64,000 nt of DNA. Origin: an archaeon (GTDB lineage: Archaea; Nanobdellota; Nanobdellia; Pacearchaeales; GW2011-AR1). The stretch covers positions 49,658-113,657 of the forward strand of contig JBDRCQ010000002.1 of the NCBI GenBank assembly GCA_043821585.1, given 5' to 3'. A program made the translations under genes and the position numbers. The notes beneath the pieces are model-generated. The model was not told where the DNA came from, searched no databases, and saw nothing but the letters and a program-made list of their open reading frames with translations. This document shows positions 1-9,700 of this stretch, piece after piece (within the stretch, counting starts at the first letter, position 1; every line of letters begins with the position of its first letter).

Positions 1-285
1 GCTTTGGCTTTGTTGAGCAAGAAGGGCTTTTCTTCAAAGAATCATCAGGCAACGCTTTGTTCTTTGATTTATTTGTATTTGGGAGATGAGTTGGAAAAGG
101 GAGATATTGAATTAGTTGCTAGGAGTTCTATTGAAAAGGAAGAAGTAAGCTATTTTGTTGAGGCGAAGGACAAAAGGGAGACGGCTTCGTATGGGGTGGG
201 TGAAGAATTTACTAAAGACGAGGCGCTTGATTTGAAAGAGAAGACAATATTATTTGTTAACAAGGTCAGGAGAATTTTAGAATGA
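1..285 (+). CDS. HEPN-domain protein (UPF0332-like), 5'-truncated by window edge
   Basis: Frame open from base 1. GFSSKNHQAT segment and Rx4Y motif (RETASY); resembles the HEPN at 882-1334. Confidence 0.75.
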   Translation, partial: ALALLSKKGFSSKNHQATLCSLIYLYLGDELEKGDIELVARSSIEKEEVSYFVEAKDKRETASYGVGEEFTKDEALDLKEKTILFVNKVRRILE

Positions 286-352
286 AAGGAGAAAAAAGTT
301 CACAAAACATGAACGAAATGTTTATAAAATGTGAACAACTAGTTTACGAATC

Positions 353-892
353 ATGAACACTAAATTATACGATTTGCTGTCTACAGATGAGAGAATTAAG
401 ATACTTGGAGATGTTTTGTATAAAACAGAGGTTAGAGTTAATGAAACTGCTAAAGAGATTGGTTTAAGCAAAGGGCTGGTTTCTAAGTATTTTGATATCC
501 TTGTAGCGGAGGGGGTTTTGATTAGAGAAGAAAACGTTTTGAAGATAAACGGGGGTTACAAGACAAGGGCGTTGAAGATAATGCTCAATGTCCTAAACAT
601 CCCAGAAATATTCGAAAAACACGCATTCATAAAGGCAGCCGGATTATACGGCAGCGCAGCACGAGGAACAAACACAAAGGATTCCGACATAGACCTTTGG
701 ATAAAAGTTGACGATATCAAAAACAAGAACATACCGAAAATAAACGCTGCCTTGATTCAAGAACTCGGCGAAACAAACATTTTATTCCTTGACAACGCAA
801 AACTGGAAGAAATAAAAAACAACGACAAAATATTCTACCACTCACTTCACTTCGGTTCAATAACAATTTACGGAGACGACAATGAAATGTAA
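353..892 (+). CDS. wHTH + minimal nucleotidyltransferase (MNT antitoxin)
   Basis: N-terminal HTH (VNETAKEIGLSKGLVS); GLYGSAARG..DSDIDL nucleotidyltransferase motif; overlaps the HEPN gene. Confidence 0.85.
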   Translation: MNTKLYDLLSTDERIKILGDVLYKTEVRVNETAKEIGLSKGLVSKYFDILVAEGVLIREENVLKINGGYKTRALKIMLNVLNIPEIFEKHAFIKAAGLYGSAARGTNTKDSDIDLWIKVDDIKNKNIPKINAALIQELGETNILFLDNAKLEEIKNNDKIFYHSLHFGSITIYGDDNEM

Positions 893-1334
893 CCTCAATC
901 ATTTACTAAACGAAGGATTACTGGCCAAAATTCCGAAATCAAAAGAGAAAGCAGATGGTTCAATAAAAGCCGCCAAAGAATGGCTGGCAGAAGCGAACAA
1001 TAATTTTTCAAATAAATTACACAAATCTTCGGTCTTAACAGCATATCTCGGCATGTTCCACTCAGCACGAGCAATCTTATACCTAGACGGCTTTCGAGAA
1101 AAGTCGCATTTCGCAGTCGCAAGATATCTAGAGGCAGTATACGTCACTGCAAAAAAATTAGAAAAAGAGTGGGTTGAACTATTAGACTATTGCAGAGAAC
1201 TTAGACATAATGATCAATATAGAACATCCTTCTTCGTCAGCGCTGAAGAAGCTGAAGACTACGTAAAAAAGGCAGAGAGTTTTGTCAAAAGGATTGAAAA
1301 GTTAATCGAAGAGGTGAGGGAGAATGGGAAATGA
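882..1334 (+). CDS. HEPN-domain protein (UPF0332-like toxin)
   Basis: AYLGMFHSARAIL, EKSH and RHNDQY (Rx4Y) motifs; directly downstream of the MNT gene. Confidence 0.85.
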   Translation: MKCNLNHLLNEGLLAKIPKSKEKADGSIKAAKEWLAEANNNFSNKLHKSSVLTAYLGMFHSARAILYLDGFREKSHFAVARYLEAVYVTAKKLEKEWVELLDYCRELRHNDQYRTSFFVSAEEAEDYVKKAESFVKRIEKLIEEVRENGK

Positions 1335-1540
1335 CCGTGCAGGAAGCAATAGTTGTTTTCTCGGCTAGTACGATTGGAATCTCTACTGCGGAATCGCTTT
1401 CGGCGGCTTTGCTTGGAAGGGCGGTTAGCTTGGTTGTGCTGTTTGTTTTGGGACCGATATTTAGTTATGTGCTGTTGCGGAACGGGAAGAACAAAAAAGA
1501 CGGAAAAGTGACGGGGCGAAAGAAATATAAACAAGTGTAA
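1331..1540 (+). CDS. small membrane protein, unknown function
   Basis: ATGA overlap with the upstream stop; hydrophobic segment plus basic tail. Confidence 0.5.
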   Translation: MTVQEAIVVFSASTIGISTAESLSAALLGRAVSLVVLFVLGPIFSYVLLRNGKNKKDGKVTGRKKYKQV

Positions 1541-1554
1541 GCAAATATTTACAG

Positions 1555-2091
1555 ATGGAAATTAAAATTGACAGCAGGATATTGAAGGTTTTCTTTGAAG
1601 AGCCGGGCAAGGGTTATCTTATTCGGGAAGTTGCGAGGAAGAGCGGGGTTAATCACACTACAGTGAGCCAGTATCTGAAGTATCTTGTTAAGGAGGGGAT
1701 TTTGGCTAATGAGAAAGATGGGCTGTATGGGGGATATAGGGTTGTTGTTTCTAGGAAGTATTTGAACTTGAAGTTGTATTATAATCTTGAGAAGTTGAGA
1801 ATCTCTGGTTTGATTGAAGGCTTGCAGAAGTTTTATGATTTTCCGACTATTGTTGTTTTTGGGAGTTATGCTAGTGCGACAGATGGAAAAGGCAGCGATG
1901 TTGATATTTGTATACTTACGGAGATTGATAAGGAATTCGACACAAGTAAATACGAGAAAGTTCTGAATAGGGTTGTTGGTTTGCACAGGTTTAACAGAGA
2001 GAAATGGTGCGCCATGAAAGAAAAAAACAAAGAGTTAGTTAACAGTATTTGTAACGGGTTGGTGTTGAGCGGGGAGTTGGAGGTTGTATAA
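1555..2091 (+). CDS. wHTH + minimal nucleotidyltransferase (MNT antitoxin)
   Basis: IREVARKSGVNHTTVS HTH; VVFGSYASATDGKGSDVDI motif. Confidence 0.85.
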   Translation: MEIKIDSRILKVFFEEPGKGYLIREVARKSGVNHTTVSQYLKYLVKEGILANEKDGLYGGYRVVVSRKYLNLKLYYNLEKLRISGLIEGLQKFYDFPTIVVFGSYASATDGKGSDVDICILTEIDKEFDTSKYEKVLNRVVGLHRFNREKWCAMKEKNKELVNSICNGLVLSGELEVV

Positions 2092-2531
2092 TGGATTTTG
2101 AAAATAGTGTCAAGGCAGGATATGCAAAAGTTGTTGAGACTAATTTGAACAGGGCGAAGAGTCTTGTTAGATCTGCTGAACAGGCGATTGAAACTGCTAA
2201 GCAAATCCCTTTGAAGGAAACTTCTCTGAAATCGGTGTTTAGGGAGTTGTATGAAGGACTTAGGCAATATTGCGAAGCGATTGGTTTCATTAAGGGATAT
2301 AAATTCGAGTCTCATGAAGTGATAACTTATTTTCTGAAGGATGTTTTAAACGAGGGCAAAATCTCTGAGAGGTTTGATAGATATAGAAAACTAAGAAACG
2401 GGGTTAATTATTATGGTAATGAAATAGATGTTAGCACGGTTAAGGATGCAATGGTAGAGGTTTCTGAAATTGTGGTTGTTTTGAAGAAGTATTTGAAAAA
2501 AGATGGAGGGGTGAGGGATGGTGGAGGATGA
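2091..2531 (+). CDS. HEPN-domain protein
   Basis: TAATG coupling to the MNT gene; FESHE and RNGVNYYG motifs. Confidence 0.8.
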   Translation: MDFENSVKAGYAKVVETNLNRAKSLVRSAEQAIETAKQIPLKETSLKSVFRELYEGLRQYCEAIGFIKGYKFESHEVITYFLKDVLNEGKISERFDRYRKLRNGVNYYGNEIDVSTVKDAMVEVSEIVVVLKKYLKKDGGVRDGGG

Positions 2532-4201
2532 CGAAGAGTGAAAAGACTGGCGTGTTTGGAAATGCGTTTTGGCAGCTTCTTGTAGTTTACACTGTGCTTG
2601 TTGTTTTGATTTCACTTAGTCTGATGTGGAAGTATGCTCTGCACTTTGAGATATTCGCGATCGTGTTGGCGTTGATTGGGGCGGTTGGACTTAAACATAT
2701 TCATAAGGATGAAGGCGGTGGGAAGATTAGCAAGGCAATGCATTACGGTTTGCTTGCTATTGCACTGATTTTGATAATCATGTTTAGAGTTGTTCCGTAT
2801 GTTGGTAACGATATTCCTCTTGGGTATGACGCGGGGATTTACAAGTATGGGATCGAGAACTTTGCTTCGGAAGGATTTGGAAGTGATAATTGGGTTAGAT
2901 CTGCGCTTACTCCTGGCTATTTGTATTTGATGGCTTTGTTTTTGAAGTTTGGGTTGTCATCTCAGTTCCTTTTGACATGGGGCTTTATTTTGTTTGGGCT
3001 TTTGTTGGGTTTTGCGGTTTATCTTTTCTCCAGGGAGTATCTTGGGGAAAGGCCAGCTGTGATTGCGGTGCTGTTGTATGCTGTGTCAATTATACAGTTT
3101 AAGCTCTTCACGTATATGTATTACAAGAACGTTATGGCACTTTGTACTTTGCTTTTTGCTCTTTACTTTTTGAAGCGTGCTGGGAGTTCTAGCCACCCCG
3201 CCGCCCCGAACAGATATCATACCAACCCCCCCGGACCGAGGAGTAGTGGGATGCATGAAGCGGATGTGAGCAATGGCAGGGGATGGAACTGGAATTTGGT
3301 TTGGTTTATTGTGTTTGGTGTGCTTACTGGAATCTTCCATAGGGCGACTTTCTTTCTTTTTGGTTTGGCTTACATCTCTCTTGTTTTGCATGATTGGAAG
3401 AGGTTTAGGAAGAATGTTTTAGCAGGCGTGTTAATACTTGGATTTACGTTGGTGCTTTATCTTGGATTTTGGGAGACGTCGATTTTGCCGATCTTTGCGC
3501 CTGTGGCTGAAGGGTTTGTTGATCCTGGAACTGCGCCGGGGACTTTTGTTTCGTTCTTCGTGTATCAGTTTTCTACATTGTATTACTTGCCGTTTGCGAT
3601 GCTTGGTTTTATTTATCTGATTTGGAGAAAGAAGTTTGATATGCTGTTCTTTATGACTTTGATTGCTGGCGTTATAGTCTACTTCCAGTTTTTCTTCTTT
3701 AACAGGTTCATAGCTCATTTGGATATTTTCTTAATTATTCTTGCTGCTAGCGGGTTTAGTCTTTTGATTGACAACGGGAAGAAGTTAGGGACGGGGATAT
3801 TGGTTCTGATGGTGGTGTCGGCAGGGTATGTGACTTTGCAGGAGTCTATTAACGCTAAGCCTTTGATTTCACAGGATGGCTTGGCTTTGATTGAGATGAT
3901 TGATTCGAATGTTCCTGGAAATGCTAAAGTCATGTCTATTTCCTCAGAGTATTCGCCTTGGGTTTTGGCTTATTCTAACAGAGTGACGATTGCTCCGGGA
4001 TTGTTTGATGAGAATAAGTGGAGCCAGGATGAATGGGAGAAGTTTTGGGGAACTCAGGACGTTGATGAGACCAAGGCCTTGATGTCTAGTTATCCTGGGG
4101 AAGTTTATCTTTTTGCAGGGACCGCAAGCTTTAACAACCCGTGCTTTGAAGAATTTTTAGATAGTGGGAGAAACAAACTCCTGAGGTACACCTGTGGATA
4201 A
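2528..4201 (+). CDS. multi-pass membrane protein, probable GT-C-fold glycosyltransferase
   Basis: Many TM segments, PLGYDAGIY acidic loop after the early helices, GIFH motif and a soluble C-terminal domain. Confidence 0.55.
   Translation: MTKSEKTGVFGNAFWQLLVVYTVLVVLISLSLMWKYALHFEIFAIVLALIGAVGLKHIHKDEGGGKISKAMHYGLLAIALILIIMFRVVPYVGNDIPLGYDAGIYKYGIENFASEGFGSDNWVRSALTPGYLYLMALFLKFGLSSQFLLTWGFILFGLLLGFAVYLFSREYLGERPAVIAVLLYAVSIIQFKLFTYMYYKNVMALCTLLFALYFLKRAGSSSHPAAPNRYHTNPPGPRSSGMHEADVSNGRGWNWNLVWFIVFGVLTGIFHRATFFLFGLAYISLVLHDWKRFRKNVLAGVLILGFTLVLYLGFWETSILPIFAPVAEGFVDPGTAPGTFVSFFVYQFSTLYYLPFAMLGFIYLIWRKKFDMLFFMTLIAGVIVYFQFFFFNRFIAHLDIFLIILAASGFSLLIDNGKKLGTGILVLMVVSAGYVTLQESINAKPLISQDGLALIEMIDSNVPGNAKVMSISSEYSPWVLAYSNRVTIAPGLFDENKWSQDEWEKFWGTQDVDETKALMSSYPGEVYLFAGTASFNNPCFEEFLDSGRNKLLRYTCG
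3185..3290. repeat. imperfect palindromic element inserted in-frame in the GT-C gene
   Basis: C-rich 5' arm and G-rich 3' arm; AGTTCTA pairs with TGGAACT; encodes a non-hydrophobic loop between two TM helices. Confidence 0.4.
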
Positions 4202-5846
4202 AGACGATTACGATAAGCGATATGAAGAGTGGAAGAAAACTCATAACCGAGGCAGTTGGAAGACTCGCAAGGTTGGGGATAGAAAGGAAATTATGAAGCA
4301 GGACGAAGGGCTTGTTGAGGCCATTGAGGAGAGGTTTGAGAAGACGGTTGAAGATGTTGAGAGGGAAATTGAGGAAGTTGAAGAGAAGATTAAGGAATAT
4401 GTTGAGAAGAAACCGCTGCATGTTAAGATATTGAAGGTCTTGGCGGTGTTGATACCCGTGGTTATAATCTTGTTTTTGATTAATGCTAACTTTTTGGCGG
4501 ACCAGGAGTTCAATTACTTTTATGATATAGGCAGTGAGGGAGAGAATGTTCTTACTCCTGTTGAAAGGATTTCGGAGGCTGTGACAGAGGGAGATTTAAC
4601 TTATAGGAACATGACCGGACATTTGGTTTACTTCGATGTGCCGATCGCTAGAGGTTCTGAGAAGGTTTATGCTCAAATTAAAATGAAGGATAATTTTCCA
4701 GAGGATGGGAAGATTAGCCTGGGGGCGAAGGACGAAGAGGAGTGGCATTATCTTTACAAGAGCTTGTATAACCCCCTCCTTAATGTTGGTGGATATGACA
4801 GTAAGGGAATGGTTTATAGGTTGAATGAAAACTTGCCTTTGGTTGATAGGAATGGCTTGAAAAACTTGAGCGGAATTATTGTAGCAAGTACTGATTTTGT
4901 TCCTGAAGTTAACATGGTTGAAGGTTATGAGGCTGTTGAGACAGAGATTGAGATGTCTTTGAGAGGGGCGCATACTTTCTACTTATACGCTTCAGATTAT
5001 CTAGATATAGAAGTGGAGAAGAGAGACATTAACTGGTATGAGGGAAGTGACGAGTTGATTATGGTTTTGTATGACTTGGATGGGAATGTTGTTGAACTGA
5101 GCCAGGTTGGGGATGACGGAGTTGTTGAAGACAGCAAGGTTATGGGCCATAAGCAGAGGGGGGAGATAGTTGCTGCAGGTTTGAGCGAGGGAGTTTACAA
5201 GCTGGAGATAAAAGATTTTGATGGTTTGATTACGAAGATTACTGCTAACACAAACAAGATTGTGGCGGAGAAAGTTTTCCTGGCGGATAGTTCTATTTAT
5301 GGGGTTGATACAAAGCAAAGTAAGTTGTATTTTGATTATAGGAAAGATGTGACTATGAGATTGATTACTTATCACGAAGCGGGCTTGCAGAGGATTTTGT
5401 TTACGAAGGATGGCGTTGTTCAGCCGTTTAACTTTAATATTGAAGATGAGCCGGTGTTTAAGGACTTGACTCCTGGGAGCTACGCGGTGACATTTCCTAA
5501 GAACGATCTTGTTGTTGAGAGTCCGGAGTACTTTGCGTTTACGCCTGAGGGATACTTTAGGCCCTGGAAGCAGAAGGTTGTTTCTGTGAACTCGCCAGAG
5601 TGGATCATGGATAGTGTTGACTACTTGATTACGGATTATGTGGTTCCTCAGAGGGAGGGTGATTGGATAATTGTTGAGACGGAGTTTGACATTAATGAGG
5701 ATGGTTTGTGGGTGAACGATCAGGGAATGTTGAGTATGGTGTTCAATGTGCCGCATTTGGCAACGGAAGGTTCGAATTATACAATTCCAATTGATTGGAT
5801 CGATGTTACGGTTTACAAGCCAGGTATCTGGGAGGACGAAGAATGA
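4194..5846 (+). CDS. single-pass membrane protein: charged coiled-coil N-terminus, large extracellular beta-rich domain
   Basis: 550 aa ORF overlapping both neighbours; TM segment ILKVLAVLIPVVIILFLI. Confidence 0.75.
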   Translation: MDKDDYDKRYEEWKKTHNRGSWKTRKVGDRKEIMKQDEGLVEAIEERFEKTVEDVEREIEEVEEKIKEYVEKKPLHVKILKVLAVLIPVVIILFLINANFLADQEFNYFYDIGSEGENVLTPVERISEAVTEGDLTYRNMTGHLVYFDVPIARGSEKVYAQIKMKDNFPEDGKISLGAKDEEEWHYLYKSLYNPLLNVGGYDSKGMVYRLNENLPLVDRNGLKNLSGIIVASTDFVPEVNMVEGYEAVETEIEMSLRGAHTFYLYASDYLDIEVEKRDINWYEGSDELIMVLYDLDGNVVELSQVGDDGVVEDSKVMGHKQRGEIVAAGLSEGVYKLEIKDFDGLITKITANTNKIVAEKVFLADSSIYGVDTKQSKLYFDYRKDVTMRLITYHEAGLQRILFTKDGVVQPFNFNIEDEPVFKDLTPGSYAVTFPKNDLVVESPEYFAFTPEGYFRPWKQKVVSVNSPEWIMDSVDYLITDYVVPQREGDWIIVETEFDINEDGLWVNDQGMLSMVFNVPHLATEGSNYTIPIDWIDVTVYKPGIWEDEE

Positions 5847-6316
5847 GTCTAGGAAGCCACGCCCGCCGACCGATTTCCCCCGACCACCCGCCCCAGTTTG
5901 AACAACGCTCCGCGTTGTCGCATGATAGGAAATCGGGCTTCAGGATTTTTAGAGGGCATAATGCTGAATTAGTGAATCATCTTTTTCAGACTTTGTTAGT
6001 CACGTATCTGATCTTGCTTTTGGCGGAGCAGTTGTGGGAGGGCATTGTTTCGGTGTATTTGAATTTGAATTGGCTTTTGATTGTAGTTATAGTTATGGGC
6101 GTTTTGGACGTGTTTTCAGATAGGCCTCCTAGAAGGCAGGAACGTGTTAAGGGCTGGGATTACGTTTTTGTTTCAGTGCTCGGAGTTGTAGGTTTTGTTA
6201 TAATTAAGTACAAGACTGTGGATCTGGGCTGGTTGTCTTGGGCCATCTCATTGATCGCGGGAGCGTTGATTATACTCTTGAGTATGTTAGTTTTGGAGGA
6301 AAAAGATGAAAACTGA
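5843..6316 (+). CDS. 4-TM membrane protein
   Basis: ATG overlaps the upstream TGA; four hydrophobic helices. True start uncertain because the N-terminus is encoded by a palindromic element. Confidence 0.65.
   Translation: MSLGSHARRPISPDHPPQFEQRSALSHDRKSGFRIFRGHNAELVNHLFQTLLVTYLILLLAEQLWEGIVSVYLNLNWLLIVVIVMGVLDVFSDRPPRRQERVKGWDYVFVSVLGVVGFVIIKYKTVDLGWLSWAISLIAGALIILLSMLVLEEKDEN
5853..5941. repeat. nested palindromic element
   Basis: Perfect IRs: CCGATTTCC (5870-5878)/GGAAATCGG (5928-5936) and ACAACGC (5902-5908)/GCGTTGT (5912-5918); outer GAAGC/GCTTC. Confidence 0.5.
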
Positions 6317-6680
6317 TTGGATGGTTTTTGGAATGAGAACTGTTTTTGTTTTGATAGTTTTGGAACTGATCACTTTGGTGGTTGGGGCGGTTACGGAGTT
6401 GAGTTACCTTGAGAGCTTTAGGGTGATTTTTGGGGCGGTTTATGTTCTTTTCTTGCCAGGATTTATATGGAGTTTTGTCTTTTTTGATAACAGGGGCGAG
6501 AGGAATATTGATGTTATTGAGAGAATTGCTTTGTCTTTCGCTTTGTCGATAGCTATTGTGCCTTTGGCGGTTTTCTATTTGAACTTAGTAGGGTTGAAAA
6601 TTTCCGCCTTATCGAGTTTCTTCGTGGTTTTGTTTCTTACTTTGGTTGGGGGCGGGATTGTTTATTGGAAGAAGCGTTAG
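6306..6680 (+). CDS. DUF1616-like membrane protein
   Basis: FLPGF...IDVIERIALSFALSIAIVPL pattern. Confidence 0.7.
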   Translation: MKTDWMVFGMRTVFVLIVLELITLVVGAVTELSYLESFRVIFGAVYVLFLPGFIWSFVFFDNRGERNIDVIERIALSFALSIAIVPLAVFYLNLVGLKISALSSFFVVLFLTLVGGGIVYWKKR

Positions 6681-6745
6681 ATTTTTTCTTTATTTGGTGA
6701 GAGATTATCAAGCCGATTATTACTGCTGCTATTAAAACTAAAAAT

Positions 6746-9700
6746 TCATTGAGTGTTATTGGCATGCTGGTTGAAACCATATGGGGGATTGATCGGGGTT
6801 GTTTTTAACTCTTTCTTTCTGAATAGTCTCAGGCGCCATCCAACTATTACTATTACAACTACGCCAATCCATGCAACGTTTGCCATTGTAAAGACGAATG
6901 CTTCCTTGAGTGTTACACCAAAGACTTCTGCTTCTTGACCTTCATTCCCAGACGTTGGCAATTCGGGGTCATCATTCCCGTTGGATCCGGTTTCTTGGTC
7001 AGACAAACAATTTATTGTCGTTAGGGGTTTTTCCATTTCTATTACGCAGTTGTTTAGGTCAATGCAGGATCTTGTTTTTGTGCCTCCAAGGCATTCAGAC
7101 CACTCCTCACATTGCCAGCTAGAAACGCAGCCGGAGGACTCGTCATGGTTGTTGCTCCCGCTGTTTCCGGGAGGATTGCAGGTATTCTCTGCATATTGTT
7201 CTGGGCAGTTTGGTGCTTCTTCGCAGTCAGGGTCTTCGCAATCTATCAGTGTGTCGTTATCTCCATCGATTTCATCATCGCATATCATCTCTGGGCCGCA
7301 TCCTACAACTGAGCATTCAGACTATTCTCCTGTTGTGCAAATCATTGTGGAGTTTTCGCATTCTCCTGCCTGACTTTCGCAGGAAGCGTTTTGCATGTTT
7401 ATGCAGGAGCAGCCCTCATCTATTTCTCCGTCGCAGTTGTTGTCGTACCCATCACAAGGCTCCGGGCCGAATTCGCAATAGCAATGGTTATTTATGGATG
7501 CAACAAATGAATCTACATCAAAACTATTTACCGCACCATCTCGGTTTGCGTCGGTGAAGTTACACCAGTCTGTTTCGGAGTTGTTGAGGTAGCGGCAGTC
7601 TTCATGGTCTGCGAAGGCAGTTAAGGGATCTATGTCCACCAGGTCTATTTCTCCATCGCCGTTGAAGTCGAGTAAACAACTATGTTCCCAACAACCGAAA
7701 TCTTCTAGATCTGTTTTTCCGTTACAATCGTTGTCTATTCCATCGTTGCATATCTCAGGTTCAGGTATTAACACATCGCAGTTTGTCCAGCCTTCTTCGG
7801 AGCAGACTTTTTCTCCGTAACAAATACCGTAAATGTTCTCTTCTGAGCAGTTTTTCTTTATTGCGTCGCAATTTTCTTCAGAGCAGTCTTGTAACCCGTT
7901 GCCATTGTTATCGAATTCGTCTGTGCAAGAGATTTCTTCTCCGTATTCACACAACGCAAAAGGGTTTATGCTTGCTAATTCGCCGTCGCAGTCAGGGTCT
8001 TGGCAGTCTGTGAGCCCGTTCTGGTCGTTGTCTACATTATCAAAACAAATTGTTTCTGTTAAGCAGTCTCCTGAACAGGATTCTCCGTACGTACAATAAC
8101 CATCTGCGCAGTCGCAATGTGGTTCTGATTGGCAGTCTTCGTCTTCACAATCTGTTTGACAGTCTTTGTCGTTGTCTAATCCGTCGTTGCAAGAGGTTTC
8201 TGGTTCTGGAAGAAGGCATGAGCCTCCGCAGTCTGTTTCTTCTTCGTCACCGTTTCTGCACATGTCGGAGCAGGAGGTTCCACAGTCTGGATCTTCTAGC
8301 TCGCTGCAGAATAGGGGACAGACTTGGTCGCAACCTGTGGGGTGGCAGGTTTCTAGAATATCTGGGAGGTAATTTAGATTTTGGTCTGTGTAGTCGTTAA
8401 ATGAAAATCTTTCTAGGTGGGAGGCATAGGCCTCATTTGTTCCGACTACAACATCCCCATTTTCATTTGCAGTTATCCCTCCGATTCTCATCCTTGGAGA
8501 CTCTTCGTCCCACTGATTCCATGAGAATATGTAATCGCCTTCTTTTGTGTAGGCAGATATTTTTTTGCTTCCAGGGTCTGTTATATAAATAATCTCTCTA
8601 TTCTGGTCGACGGTTAGTCCGAACGGAACTTCAAGTTGTCCTTCGCTTGTCCCGAGTATTCCAAACTCAAGGATGAAATTTCCTGAAGAGTCTATTTTTT
8701 GGATGCGCCCGTTTCCACCATCTGCCACAAATACATCTCCCGTTGAGTTGTCTACGTCAATTCCCTGTGGGAAAAGCAATTGCTCGGTCCCAGAGCCTTT
8801 TTCTCCGATTACTCTTATGAGGGAGAATCCGCTGTCTGGAGTGGTTATGTTGTATTGATAGATTCTGTGGTGGCCCCCGTCTGATATGTAAAGCAGCCCT
8901 CTTTCTTCATCTACTGCCACGTCCGATATGAACCTATAGCTGTTTGTGATGCTTTGTGGATATATTCGTGGGGGTGCTACTCCTGGCGGTTTCCCGCTAT
9001 AACTTTGGTACCATAGGTTTTGGTTTTTGTATGAGAGGTTGTAAACACTTACCCTTCCAGAATAAATCGATCCTGCTCCACCTCCAGTTGTTCTGTCTGC
9101 CACATACACTTTTCCTCTTTTGTTGTCAATGTCTAATCCTATTGGAAACGAAAAGTAATCCCAAAATCCGCCCCAGAAATATCCATCTGTTTGGTCATCG
9201 GTTTCTTCGTAATGTATCAGGACCTTGGCTACGACTTGCCCTGGGCTGAATAGTATGCTATCGTTATCGTAGGCTAAGTGGCCTGAAATGATCGGTCCGT
9301 AGGAACTATCTTCCATTTGGTTGATCCACTTGTTGCTTAGAGACATCTGGCCTGTTTCTAGAGGGATTACTCCTTGCGGTGGCTGAACTGTTGCTAACCC
9401 GTTTAATTGAGCTGTTGAGTATCCCATGATAGAACCATTTTCCAGGGTTATTATCACAGGCTTCCCATCTATGAATTCTAATGCTTCAATTGTAGTGTTT
9501 TCGCTTCCAGTTTCAAACAGTAATCTTTTTTCCACCCAAGTCTCGCTCTTTTTTTCTATTAAGTACACTTTGTTTTTTACGGCGAAGACTAACCAGATGG
9601 CTGAAGGAGTCTCTTTTATTGCGTATTTTTGAGTGACTAGGTGTTCAAAATTATTTGTTATCCATCGGTTTTCACTTTTTACGTATGTTGTTTCTCTTAG

